Of a stretch of 52,405 bases of DNA, positions 10,529 to 18,730 are shown in pieces. The stretch comes from an uncultured cyanobacterium (GTDB lineage: Bacteria; Cyanobacteriota; Cyanobacteriia; Leptolyngbyales; Leptolyngbyaceae): contig CAVYAN010000047.1 in the NCBI GenBank assembly GCA_963766075.1, positions 1-52,405 of the forward strand. Reading direction: 5' to 3'. Within the stretch, counting starts at the first letter, position 1. Each line of letters opens with the position of its first letter. The notes below the pieces were generated by a model. The model had not been told where the DNA came from and did no database searches. It was given only the letters and a program-made list of their open reading frames with translations. Position numbers and translations under genes: made by a program.

Positions 10529-10704
10529 AACGATCCGGATCTCCCTGTCTCACCCGAGGATTCCAGAATAAGCAGGCCGATAAAAACGACGAAAAAATCG
10601 GTCAAAACCAAAAATTATGCTACAAATAGTGGCCTAGCTTCTGTTTTTTAATAATAGACACCACCTGTGACCTTCCACGCGATACCTTGAAGGAGATTCC
10701 TGCT

Positions 10705-10875
10705 ATGACCTCGCGATCGCTGCTCAGCCCAAAACCAGCCCAGTCAACTCAGGCCAAGCCAGCTCAGCCAACTCAGTCCAAGCATCGTCGCACCTCGCCC
10801 CCAGAAACCTCCACGCCAAACTTACGCTCCTCGCCATCGCAGGAGCCGTTAAGCGATTGGGACCATGCTTCATAA
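10705..10875 (+). CDS. Small low-complexity hypothetical protein
   Basis: AAGGAG nine nt before the ATG; P/Q/S/T-rich; no recognisable family. Confidence 0.3.
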   Translation: MTSRSLLSPKPAQSTQAKPAQPTQSKHRRTSPPETSTPNLRSSPSQEPLSDWDHAS

Positions 10876-11078
10876 AAGGGGTTTAGCAATAGTCTGGGTC
10901 GCCAATTCCCGCGCGCGCCGGGACAATTTTAGCCATGAACCTACTGCGCGAACATCCTGATGGGGAGCTGGAGAGTGCAAGCAGCCCCCAGCAGAAAAAT
11001 TTTGGCGGAGGCTGGTCATCTCTTGCTCGGTTATGCTAATTTAATAAAGCTTGAAAAGTAATGATGCTTAAGAAGCAC

Positions 11079-11151
11079 GGCTCAGTGGCGCAGTGGTTAG
11101 CGCAGGGGACTCATAAGCCCAAGGTCGCAGGTTCAAATCCCGCCTGAGCCA
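11079..11151 (+). tRNA. tRNA-Met (CAT), probably elongator
   Basis: Cloverleaf with GGCTCAG/CTGAGCC acceptor stem, CTCATAA anticodon loop and GGTTCAAATCC T arm. The G1-C72 pair argues against initiator. CCA is not encoded. Confidence 0.93.
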
Positions 11152-11304
11152 TAAGGAAAACAAGCTCTATGAGGCGTTTAGGGAGGAATCTTTAGGGTCC
11201 TCTCCTCGGCTTGTTGGGTCATATTGGGCGGAGTTGGGCTAGATTTGGAGGTAAATTGGGGGTAAAACTGGAGTACAAACGTTTTCACTCTGGAGGTGAA
11301 GCTG

Positions 11305-11412
11305 ATGTACAACAAATCTTCTTCCCGTAAGGCTTCCAAAGGTTCTGTCCAAATCAAAGTCTCGAACGAGCGTCTTCAACTTGTATTTCGGGTGGAGGAA
11401 AAGCGCTACTAT
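11305..11412 (+). pseudogene. N-terminal stub of a tyrosine integrase (arm-DNA-binding domain)
   Basis: GGAGGT RBS, then MYNKSSSRKASKGSVQIKVSNERLQLVFRVEEKRYY, resembling cyanobacterial tRNA-linked integrase N-termini. Broken by an IS end. Confidence 0.7.
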
Positions 11413-11933
11413 ACTGCGTCAGGCAATAGACTTGGCTTTCTCAAATGACTGAAACTTCAATATCATCAATGAATCTAGCGCTTTCTTGTGAGTAGTCGGG
11501 CACTGCTTCAGGCACTCTGTAATCGCGCCTTTGAAAGACTCGAAATCCGGATAATAGATTGAGTACGAACATTTCTTTTTGACAAATTTCCACAACCGCT
11601 CAATCAAATTGAGGTTGGGCGAATAACTGGGCAGATACAATGATTCAATCCCCAACTGTGCAGCGAGCTCACTAACCACCGCACAGTTCTGATAGCGGGC
11701 GTTATCTAATACCAGAGTAATCGGGATGCTCAAGCCTAAAGCCGCTAGTTGATTGAGTCAGTCACAAACGCTCAGCGCATTGATATAGGCATCATTCGTG
11801 ACCATGATAATTTCATGGCTAATCGCATTCAAAGCCGCTAAGACGTTAAAGCGTTTCCGCCCCGCTCCCGATTTGACAAACAATCGTTCAAAACACCACA
11901 GAAATCCGAGGTATGCGCCCAGGACAAAATGTC
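11410..11933 (-). mobile_element. IS630-family element, 3' fragment with disrupted transposase
   Basis: LVLDNARYQ, YLPSYSPNLNLIERLWKFVKK and GRKRFNVLAALNA motifs split over two ORFs. The end begins TATACT at a TA target. The 5' part is missing beyond IS1. Confidence 0.85.
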
Positions 11934-12687
11934 GGCGTTGCATAATAGTGCTATGAATTGAGGCTAAATCTGATGCAATGTCCCGAATGTGGCTCCGGTC
12001 ATATCCGTAAGAATGGTAAAATGAGAGGTAAACAAAATCACATTTGCGTCGATTGTGGTCGGCAATTTATTGATGTCTATACGCCGCCCAAAGGATACTC
12101 AGATGAAGTCAAAGCGCAATGTTTGAAAATGTACGTCAATGGCATGGGATTTCGAGGCATTGAACGCGTCACAGGCGTGCATCACACCACCGTGATTAAT
12201 TGGGTTAGGCAAGTCGGAGAACTCCTACCTGATGCTTACGACCCAGAGACCATTCCCCAAGTCGGAGAACTCGACGAACTGGAAACGTTTGTGCGCTCAA
12301 AAAAACAAAATCTGGCTCTGGACAGCCGTTGACCACTTTAAGCAAGGGATTTTAGGCTGGGTATTAGGTGACCACAGTGCCGAAACCTTCAAGCCTCTAT
12401 GAGCCATTGTGGCAACTTGGAAATGCTATTTCTACGTCACAGATGGCTGGTCAGTCTATCCAGGATTTATTCCAGACGGCGACCAGATTGTTAGCAAGAC
12501 TTACATGACACGGGTAGAAGGTGAAAACACTCGGTTGCGACACCACTTGGCGCGACTGCATCGCAAGACACTTTGTTATTCCAAATCAGAGAAAATGCTG
12601 AGACACTCGATTCGCTTGCTACTGCACTACCTCAAATTCTGGGATGTTCCGATTCCTCATTGATTCATAGCTTCATTCAGCAACGCC
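11934..12687 (+). mobile_element. IS1-family insertion sequence (754 bp)
   Basis: Imperfect terminal inverted repeats GGCGTTGCATAATAGTGCTATGAAT / ATTCATAGCTTCATTCAGCAACGCC. InsA Zn ribbon (CPECGS...CVDCGRQF) at 11973-12332, A7C slippery site at 12299-12306, InsB (TDGW...TRVEGENTRLRH). Confidence 0.92.
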
Positions 12688-12800
12688 CCGAAAGTTAGGG
12701 CCAGGAAATCGGGCGTTGCCGCTCCCGGCATCGTGTCCTGATGCCTGTGGGCTGTACTATGATAGGCGGTGAAACCGTTTCACCCTGTTCCGTGGGCATC

Positions 12801-15311
12801 ATGCACTCTCATCCCCCCGCCAACTCGGCAGCGATCGCGCCACGCCCCCAACTGCTTGCCCCTGCCGGATCCTGGGACTGTGCCAAAGCCGCGGTGGAAA
12901 ATGGCGCAGATGCCATTTACTTTGGGCTGGAACAATTTAATGCCCGCATGCGCGCCCAGAACTTCACGCGGGCCGATCTACCAGAACTCATGGCGTTTCT
13001 GCATGGGCGGGGCGTGAAGGGCTATGTCACCTTAAATACCCTCGTCTTTCCTCGGGAATTGGTGGAAGCAGAACGCTACATTCGCGCCATCATTACCGCC
13101 GGGGTAGATGCCATGATTGTGCAAGATGTCGGCATTTGTCGCTTGATTCGCCACCTGTCGCCGGATTTTCCAATCCACGCCTCCACCCAGATGACTGTGA
13201 CCAGTGCGGCAGGGGTGGAATTTGCCCACCAGTTGGGCTGTCAATTAGTCGTGCTGGCGCGGGAATGCACCCTCAAAGAAATTCACAAAATTCAGCAGCA
13301 AATCGCCGATCGCGCGATCGCTTTGCCCCTGGAAGTGTTTGTCCATGGAGCCCTTTGTGTGGCCTATTCCGGCCAATGCTTGACCAGTGAAGCACTGGGC
13401 GGACGCTCGGCCAATCGGGGGGAATGTGCCCAAGCCTGCCGCATGCCCTACACGCTCATGGTTGAGGGGCAGCCCCTGGACTTGGGCGATCGCAACTATC
13501 TCCTCAGCCCCCAGGATCTCTCCGGACTAGAGGTCTTACCCGAACTGGTTAGAACCGGCGTCACCTGCTTGAAAATTGAAGGCCGCTTGAAAACACCGGA
13601 GTATGTTGCCAATGTGACCCGAGTCTATCGACAGGCGTTGGATCGGTTGCTGGGTGCTGAAGCCAAGCACCCCGAGGGCGGACAGGGCGATCGCTACAAT
13701 TTGGAGATGGCGTTTTCCCGAGGGCTTTATTCAGGCTGGTTCAACGGGATTAATAATCAGGAACTGGTGCATGGGCGCTTTGGCAAAAAACGCGGCGTGT
13801 ATTTGGGTGAAGTGATTCGGGTGCACAATGAACAGGTGACCCTGGCACTCCAAGCCCCATTAAAGCCGGGAGATGGCATCGTCTTTGACAACGGACATCC
13901 GGAGGCAAAGGAAGCCGGGGGGCGGGTTTATACCGTGGAACACCGGGGATCCCAAACGATTGTGACCTTTGGTCGGGGCACGATTAACTTTAAGCAGGTC
14001 CATGTTAAAGATAAGGTGTGGAAAACCAATGATCCCGAATTGGATCGACACGTTCGCCAAACCTTTGCCGGAGATACGCCCAAGTTTCAGCGTCCAATTG
14101 ACATCGAAGTGCACGGGGAAGTGGACTTGCCCTTGATCGCGATCGCCCATGATGCCGAGGGGCATGTGGTGCAAGTGGCCTCGACCATGCCCTTGGTGGC
14201 CGCCCATACCCTGCCCTTGACCCGCGATCGCCTCCAGGAACAGTTTAGTCGCCTAGGCAATACTCCTTTTTGCTTAGGGCAATTGACCAGTTATCTAAAC
14301 GGGGACGTGCTACTGCCCGTCAAGGAACTGAACCGGATGCGGCGAGAGTTGGTCGAGCAGTTGACGGAGTGGCGATCGCGTCCCAAACGCTGGCAACTTC
14401 ACCCCAGCCACCGCCTTCACGATCTGTTACCCACGCCGCCTCAAGGCACGGGCGCATCCCCAGAGTTGACCATCTTGGTGCGGACACTCGCCCAACTTCA
14501 GGCCGCGCTCGCATCCGGGGTGAGCACGGTGTACTGCGAATTGGAAGATCCGCGCCGCTATCGAGATGCGGTGGCGCTCGTGCGGGGTGCCGAAAATTCC
14601 CCGTCAGGTGGCCAGTCTCCTCGGCTCTACGTGGCCCCGCCCCGGATTACCAAACCGGGCGAGCAGTGGATTTTGCACCAGGTCCGGGCCTGCAATGCTG
14701 ATGGCTATTTAGTGCGGAACTATGATCAGTTGCAGTTTTTTGCAGAGGATCGGTGTATTGCCGATTTCTCCTTTAATATTGCGAACCCTCTGACGGCGGA
14801 CTACTTTCAGAGAAATTTTAATTTAGAGCGCTGGACGGCTTCCTATGATCTCAACATCACGCAACTAGAAGATTTACTAAATCAGTGCGATCGCGAGTCC
14901 TTAGAGATTACCATCCATCAACACATGCCGATGTTTCATATGGAGCATTGTGTATTTTGCGCCTTTTTGTCCGAGGGGACAGACTTTACCAACTGTGGCC
15001 GTCCCTGCGAAACACAATCGGTAACCCTACGCGATCGCGTGGGCACAGAGCATATCCTCCATGCCGATGCAGGCTGCCGCAATACCCTCTACAACGGCAC
15101 AGCCCAAACCGGCTCCGAATCAGTCCAGCGCCTCATGGCCCTGGGGGCGCGCTATTTTCGGATCGAATTTGTTAACGAGACCCCCGCCCAAGTCACAGAG
15201 ACGATCCAGTGCTACCAACAACTCCTCCGGGGCGAAATTCGGGGGACTCAGTTGTGGCGCACACTTCAATTACAGAATCAATTGGGCGTCACCCGAGGGC
15301 CACTCCGCTAG
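12801..15311 (+). CDS. Peptidase U32 family protein, long form (RlhA-like)
   Basis: LLAPAG, GADAIYFG, HASTQM, EVFVHGALCVAYSGQC, NRGECAQACR, LKIEGRLK. Confidence 0.9.
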   Translation: MHSHPPANSAAIAPRPQLLAPAGSWDCAKAAVENGADAIYFGLEQFNARMRAQNFTRADLPELMAFLHGRGVKGYVTLNTLVFPRELVEAERYIRAIITAGVDAMIVQDVGICRLIRHLSPDFPIHASTQMTVTSAAGVEFAHQLGCQLVVLARECTLKEIHKIQQQIADRAIALPLEVFVHGALCVAYSGQCLTSEALGGRSANRGECAQACRMPYTLMVEGQPLDLGDRNYLLSPQDLSGLEVLPELVRTGVTCLKIEGRLKTPEYVANVTRVYRQALDRLLGAEAKHPEGGQGDRYNLEMAFSRGLYSGWFNGINNQELVHGRFGKKRGVYLGEVIRVHNEQVTLALQAPLKPGDGIVFDNGHPEAKEAGGRVYTVEHRGSQTIVTFGRGTINFKQVHVKDKVWKTNDPELDRHVRQTFAGDTPKFQRPIDIEVHGEVDLPLIAIAHDAEGHVVQVASTMPLVAAHTLPLTRDRLQEQFSRLGNTPFCLGQLTSYLNGDVLLPVKELNRMRRELVEQLTEWRSRPKRWQLHPSHRLHDLLPTPPQGTGASPELTILVRTLAQLQAALASGVSTVYCELEDPRRYRDAVALVRGAENSPSGGQSPRLYVAPPRITKPGEQWILHQVRACNADGYLVRNYDQLQFFAEDRCIADFSFNIANPLTADYFQRNFNLERWTASYDLNITQLEDLLNQCDRESLEITIHQHMPMFHMEHCVFCAFLSEGTDFTNCGRPCETQSVTLRDRVGTEHILHADAGCRNTLYNGTAQTGSESVQRLMALGARYFRIEFVNETPAQVTETIQCYQQLLRGEIRGTQLWRTLQLQNQLGVTRGPLR

Positions 15312-15725
15312 GAGCGCGGGTCTTTTCCCCTCACAAGTTCTCTCACGGCCCCGCCTGCATCAGCTCGATGGGCCATGGACCCAGGACCTACGTCCCAGCA
15401 CCCAAGCCCCAGACCCCAGGACCCAGAATAGCCTCCTGGACTGCCCCCGTAAGCATTTATGCCTGGATCATGGCCCGAAACTGCCGCTGGGGATGGGTTT
15501 CATAGGATTGTCTGATGTTTTTAGCGGATTTCTATTAGAAAAAAGAGCTGAAAGCCAACAATCTTAAAGGTTTGATCTGATCCATTCCCAAATACAGCCT
15601 ATAGAATGGGGCATTGAAAATTCGGTTTTACGGGAGTTTTCGCCCTCGTTTTCCACTCCCGAACTTTTCGGTGTCCAGTTCCCTGGGCCGTCCCTTGCAA
15701 CCCATTACCCCTCTCAGGAGACTTT

Positions 15726-16028
15726 ATGAACAAAGGTGAATTAGTCGATGCTGTTGCCGATAAGGCTAGTGTGACCAAAAAACAGGCGGATGCAGTGCTC
15801 TCCGCAGCGCTGGAAGCGATTGTGGATGCGGTCAGTGGCGGCGACAAAGTGACCTTGGTTGGCTTTGGTTCCTTTGAGCCAAGAGAGCGCAAAGCCCGCG
15901 AAGGCCGCAATCCCAAAACTGGGGCCAAAATGGAAATTCCGGCAACCAAGGTCCCCGCTTTTTCCGCAGGCAAGCTGTTCAAGGAAAAAGTCGCGCCTGA
16001 GCCCGAAGCCGCTGCTAAAAAGAAGTAA
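15726..16028 (+). CDS. hup: DNA-binding protein HU
   Basis: MNKGELVDAVA...VTLVGFGSFEPRERKAREGRNPKTG; AGGAG RBS. Confidence 0.96.
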   Translation: MNKGELVDAVADKASVTKKQADAVLSAALEAIVDAVSGGDKVTLVGFGSFEPRERKAREGRNPKTGAKMEIPATKVPAFSAGKLFKEKVAPEPEAAAKKK

Positions 16029-16075
16029 GGTTTATAATTAACACTTTGTGACTGACAACCTGTAATCGACACTTT

Positions 16076-17161
16076 GTGATTGACCCATTGCATCGTCCAG
16101 CGCACGGGGGGAATTTAGTTTGGGCCGCAGAATTGGCCCACTGCTCTCCTAGTGCGCTACTTGATTTTTCGGCCAGTATTAATCCTCTTGGGCCACCGCC
16201 GTCCGCGATCGCCACCCTTCAGGCTCACCTTGTCGATCTGACCGCCTACCCCGATCCACGCTATAGCACCCTCTGTCGCGCCCTGGGCCGCCATCATCAG
16301 GTGCCTGCCGATTGGGTTTTGCCAGGGAACGGGGCGGCGGAGTTGTTAACCTGGGCCTGCCGGGACTTGTCAACGCTGGACAAGACGGTGATCTTGGCCC
16401 CCAGCTTTAGCGACTACCACCGGGGTTTGCAGGCATTTGGGGCGACGGTGCAGCGGGTTAGCGGGGAGTTGGATGTGGCATGGCCAGCGCTGCCGGAAGG
16501 GCGATCGCCCACTGCATGGTCCCAGTCCGGACTGTTGTTGAATAATCCCCACAATCCATCTGGGCGCTTGTTTGCGCGGAAAGCGGTCGAGAAATGCCTG
16601 AGCCAGTTTGCGTTGGTGGTCGTGGATGAGGCGTTTATGGACTTTTTGCCGGGAGAGGCAGAAAGCGTGATTGGCCTGGTGCAGGAGTATCCAAATTTGG
16701 TGGTGGTGCGATCGCTGACGAAGTTTTACAGCCTGCCGGGATTGCGTTTAGGCTATGCGATCGCCCATCCGGATCGGTTGCAACGGTGGCAACAGTGGCG
16801 GGATCCGTGGTCAGTCAATGCGCTGGCGGCGGCGGTGGGGGAAGTCGTGATTCAGGATCATGTCTTCCAGCAACAAACCTGGGACTGGCTCCAAGCAGCG
16901 AAACCAGTGCTGTTCGCGGGGCTTGCCGCTATTCCTGGGCTTCATCCGACGCCGGGAGTGGCAAATTTCTTGCTGGTGCGCTGTGCCTATTCGGTGCTCG
17001 AGGTCCAACTGGAATTATTAAAACGTCATCAGATTTTGATTCGGGATTGTTTGAGCTTTGAGGAATTGGGCGATCGCTATTTCCGGGTGGCCGTACGCAC
17101 CCCTGCCGAAAATCAGCGGTTGTTAAACGGTCTCGAAGAAATTCTTGCGGAATCGCGGTAG
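16076..17161 (+). CDS. cobD: Threonine-phosphate decarboxylase
   Basis: HGGN...LDFSASINPLGPP, NNPHNPSG, DEAFMDF, RSLTKFYSLPGLRLGY. Confidence 0.88.
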   Translation: MIDPLHRPAHGGNLVWAAELAHCSPSALLDFSASINPLGPPPSAIATLQAHLVDLTAYPDPRYSTLCRALGRHHQVPADWVLPGNGAAELLTWACRDLSTLDKTVILAPSFSDYHRGLQAFGATVQRVSGELDVAWPALPEGRSPTAWSQSGLLLNNPHNPSGRLFARKAVEKCLSQFALVVVDEAFMDFLPGEAESVIGLVQEYPNLVVVRSLTKFYSLPGLRLGYAIAHPDRLQRWQQWRDPWSVNALAAAVGEVVIQDHVFQQQTWDWLQAAKPVLFAGLAAIPGLHPTPGVANFLLVRCAYSVLEVQLELLKRHQILIRDCLSFEELGDRYFRVAVRTPAENQRLLNGLEEILAESR

Positions 17162-17231
17162 GGTAAGGGGCGTGGGTTATGCTTGCGTCCCATGGCCAAC
17201 TTGGCCTTCTTTTTCTCCTTCCCTTCTCCCT

Positions 17232-18659
17232 ATGGCCGTTGACTACGATTTGGTCATTATCGGTAACAGCCCTGCGGGCATTCATGCGGCGCAGCGGGCC
17301 GCGCAGTTCTACGCCCGAGTCGCCCTGATTAATCCGGCTCTAGCCGAGTCACCCAGGACTGCCCCATCCAGAACTGGTCCATTTCAGGCTGGTTCATCCC
17401 AGGCTGGCCGACTTCAGGCTGACCCAATTTCACTGCCCTGCTGTCCGGCTCCGGCGCTGCCCCTCCCCTATGCCCAGTGGCATGAGGCCGTTGCCGCCAC
17501 CTTGGGGGAATTTCATGCTCCCAAAGTGCTCGCCGCCCAAGGCATCGAGGTGATTGCGGGACAGGCGGAGTTCTTTCGGAAACCCGGACTAGGCGTCAGC
17601 GTCAATGGACGATCGCTGCGATCGCGGGCCTACCTCCTGGCTATCCCCTCCATTCCCCAAATTCCGTCGATTCCGGGCATCGCGGCAATTCCCTATTTCA
17701 CCGTGGCCACCATTGCCCCCCACCTGGACACGTTTACGCCAGAGCATCGGGTCGTGGTGGTGGGGGAAGATCCGCGTGGATTAGAAATCGCCCAAGCCTT
17801 GACGCGCCAGAAAGTCCAGGTGACGGTGATTATGGCCACCGCAACGATTTTGCCAGAGGAAGATGCCGCAGCGGTGGCTCTCTTGCAGGCCCAACTGGAA
17901 GCGGATGGCATCACCCTACTGACGGCAACCCCCGTGACTCAGGTGCGCCACATTGAAGACCAGGTTTGGGTGCAGGCTGGAAATCAGGCGATCGCTGCCG
18001 ATGCAATTCTCCTAGCGCCAGTTCACCAACCCAGTTTGGCAGCACTGAATCTGGCCGCAGTCAATGTCAAATGGCACGCCCAAGGGCTGTCCGTTAATTC
18101 CCATTTACAAACCACAAACCCGCGCATCTATGCCTGTTTGGGACAGTGGGGCAACTCTTATCTGGAGCATTTAGCCCTCCAACAGGCGCAGGTGGCCGTG
18201 GACAATGCCCTATTTTGGCCGATCAAAACCGTTGACCGGCACGCCGTGCCCCGGGTCGTGCAGACAACGCCGGAATTCTTGGCCGTGGGGCTTTCGACGG
18301 CCCAAGCCCAGCAACGCTACAGCGACGTGATGATTTTGCGCCTGCCGTTTAATACCCTGGCCAAGGCCCAGTGGCAGGCCGCGACCACAGGGTTTTGTCA
18401 GTTCGTCGTGCGGCGGAATGGGGAGATTTTAGGGGCACAGATTGTGGGCAGCGCCGCCAGCGAAATCGGGGGGGCCATCATCCTGGCTTTGCAACAAAAG
18501 CTCCGGGTACAGGCTCTCGCGACACTGGCATTTCCCCCGCTAACGTTTGCCCAAATTATTCCGACTACAGCTCTGGAATGGCAGCGGCTGAGGCGGTTAC
18601 AACGTCCGTGGCTGCGGGATTGGCTGGAGGAATTCTGGAGCTGGCGGCGATCGCGGTAA
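17232..18659 (+). CDS. Degenerate pyridine nucleotide-disulfide oxidoreductase (mercuric-reductase/Lpd-like fold)
   Basis: MAVDYDLVIIG, LQTTNPRIYAC, GEILGAQIVG; glycine-rich loops altered. Confidence 0.75.
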   Translation: MAVDYDLVIIGNSPAGIHAAQRAAQFYARVALINPALAESPRTAPSRTGPFQAGSSQAGRLQADPISLPCCPAPALPLPYAQWHEAVAATLGEFHAPKVLAAQGIEVIAGQAEFFRKPGLGVSVNGRSLRSRAYLLAIPSIPQIPSIPGIAAIPYFTVATIAPHLDTFTPEHRVVVVGEDPRGLEIAQALTRQKVQVTVIMATATILPEEDAAAVALLQAQLEADGITLLTATPVTQVRHIEDQVWVQAGNQAIAADAILLAPVHQPSLAALNLAAVNVKWHAQGLSVNSHLQTTNPRIYACLGQWGNSYLEHLALQQAQVAVDNALFWPIKTVDRHAVPRVVQTTPEFLAVGLSTAQAQQRYSDVMILRLPFNTLAKAQWQAATTGFCQFVVRRNGEILGAQIVGSAASEIGGAIILALQQKLRVQALATLAFPPLTFAQIIPTTALEWQRLRRLQRPWLRDWLEEFWSWRRSR

Positions 18660-18730
18660 GCCGCCTCACACCCGCCTCACACCGTCATCTCACGCATTTC
18701 CCGCACAACTCTTTTTCATACTGGGAAGCC

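Noticed and set aside
11079..11151. tRNA as initiator fMet or Ile2
   Set aside because: The paired 1-72 position and the anticodon stem do not fit initiator identity; the sequence best fits elongator Met, though Ile2 is not formally excluded without a model search.
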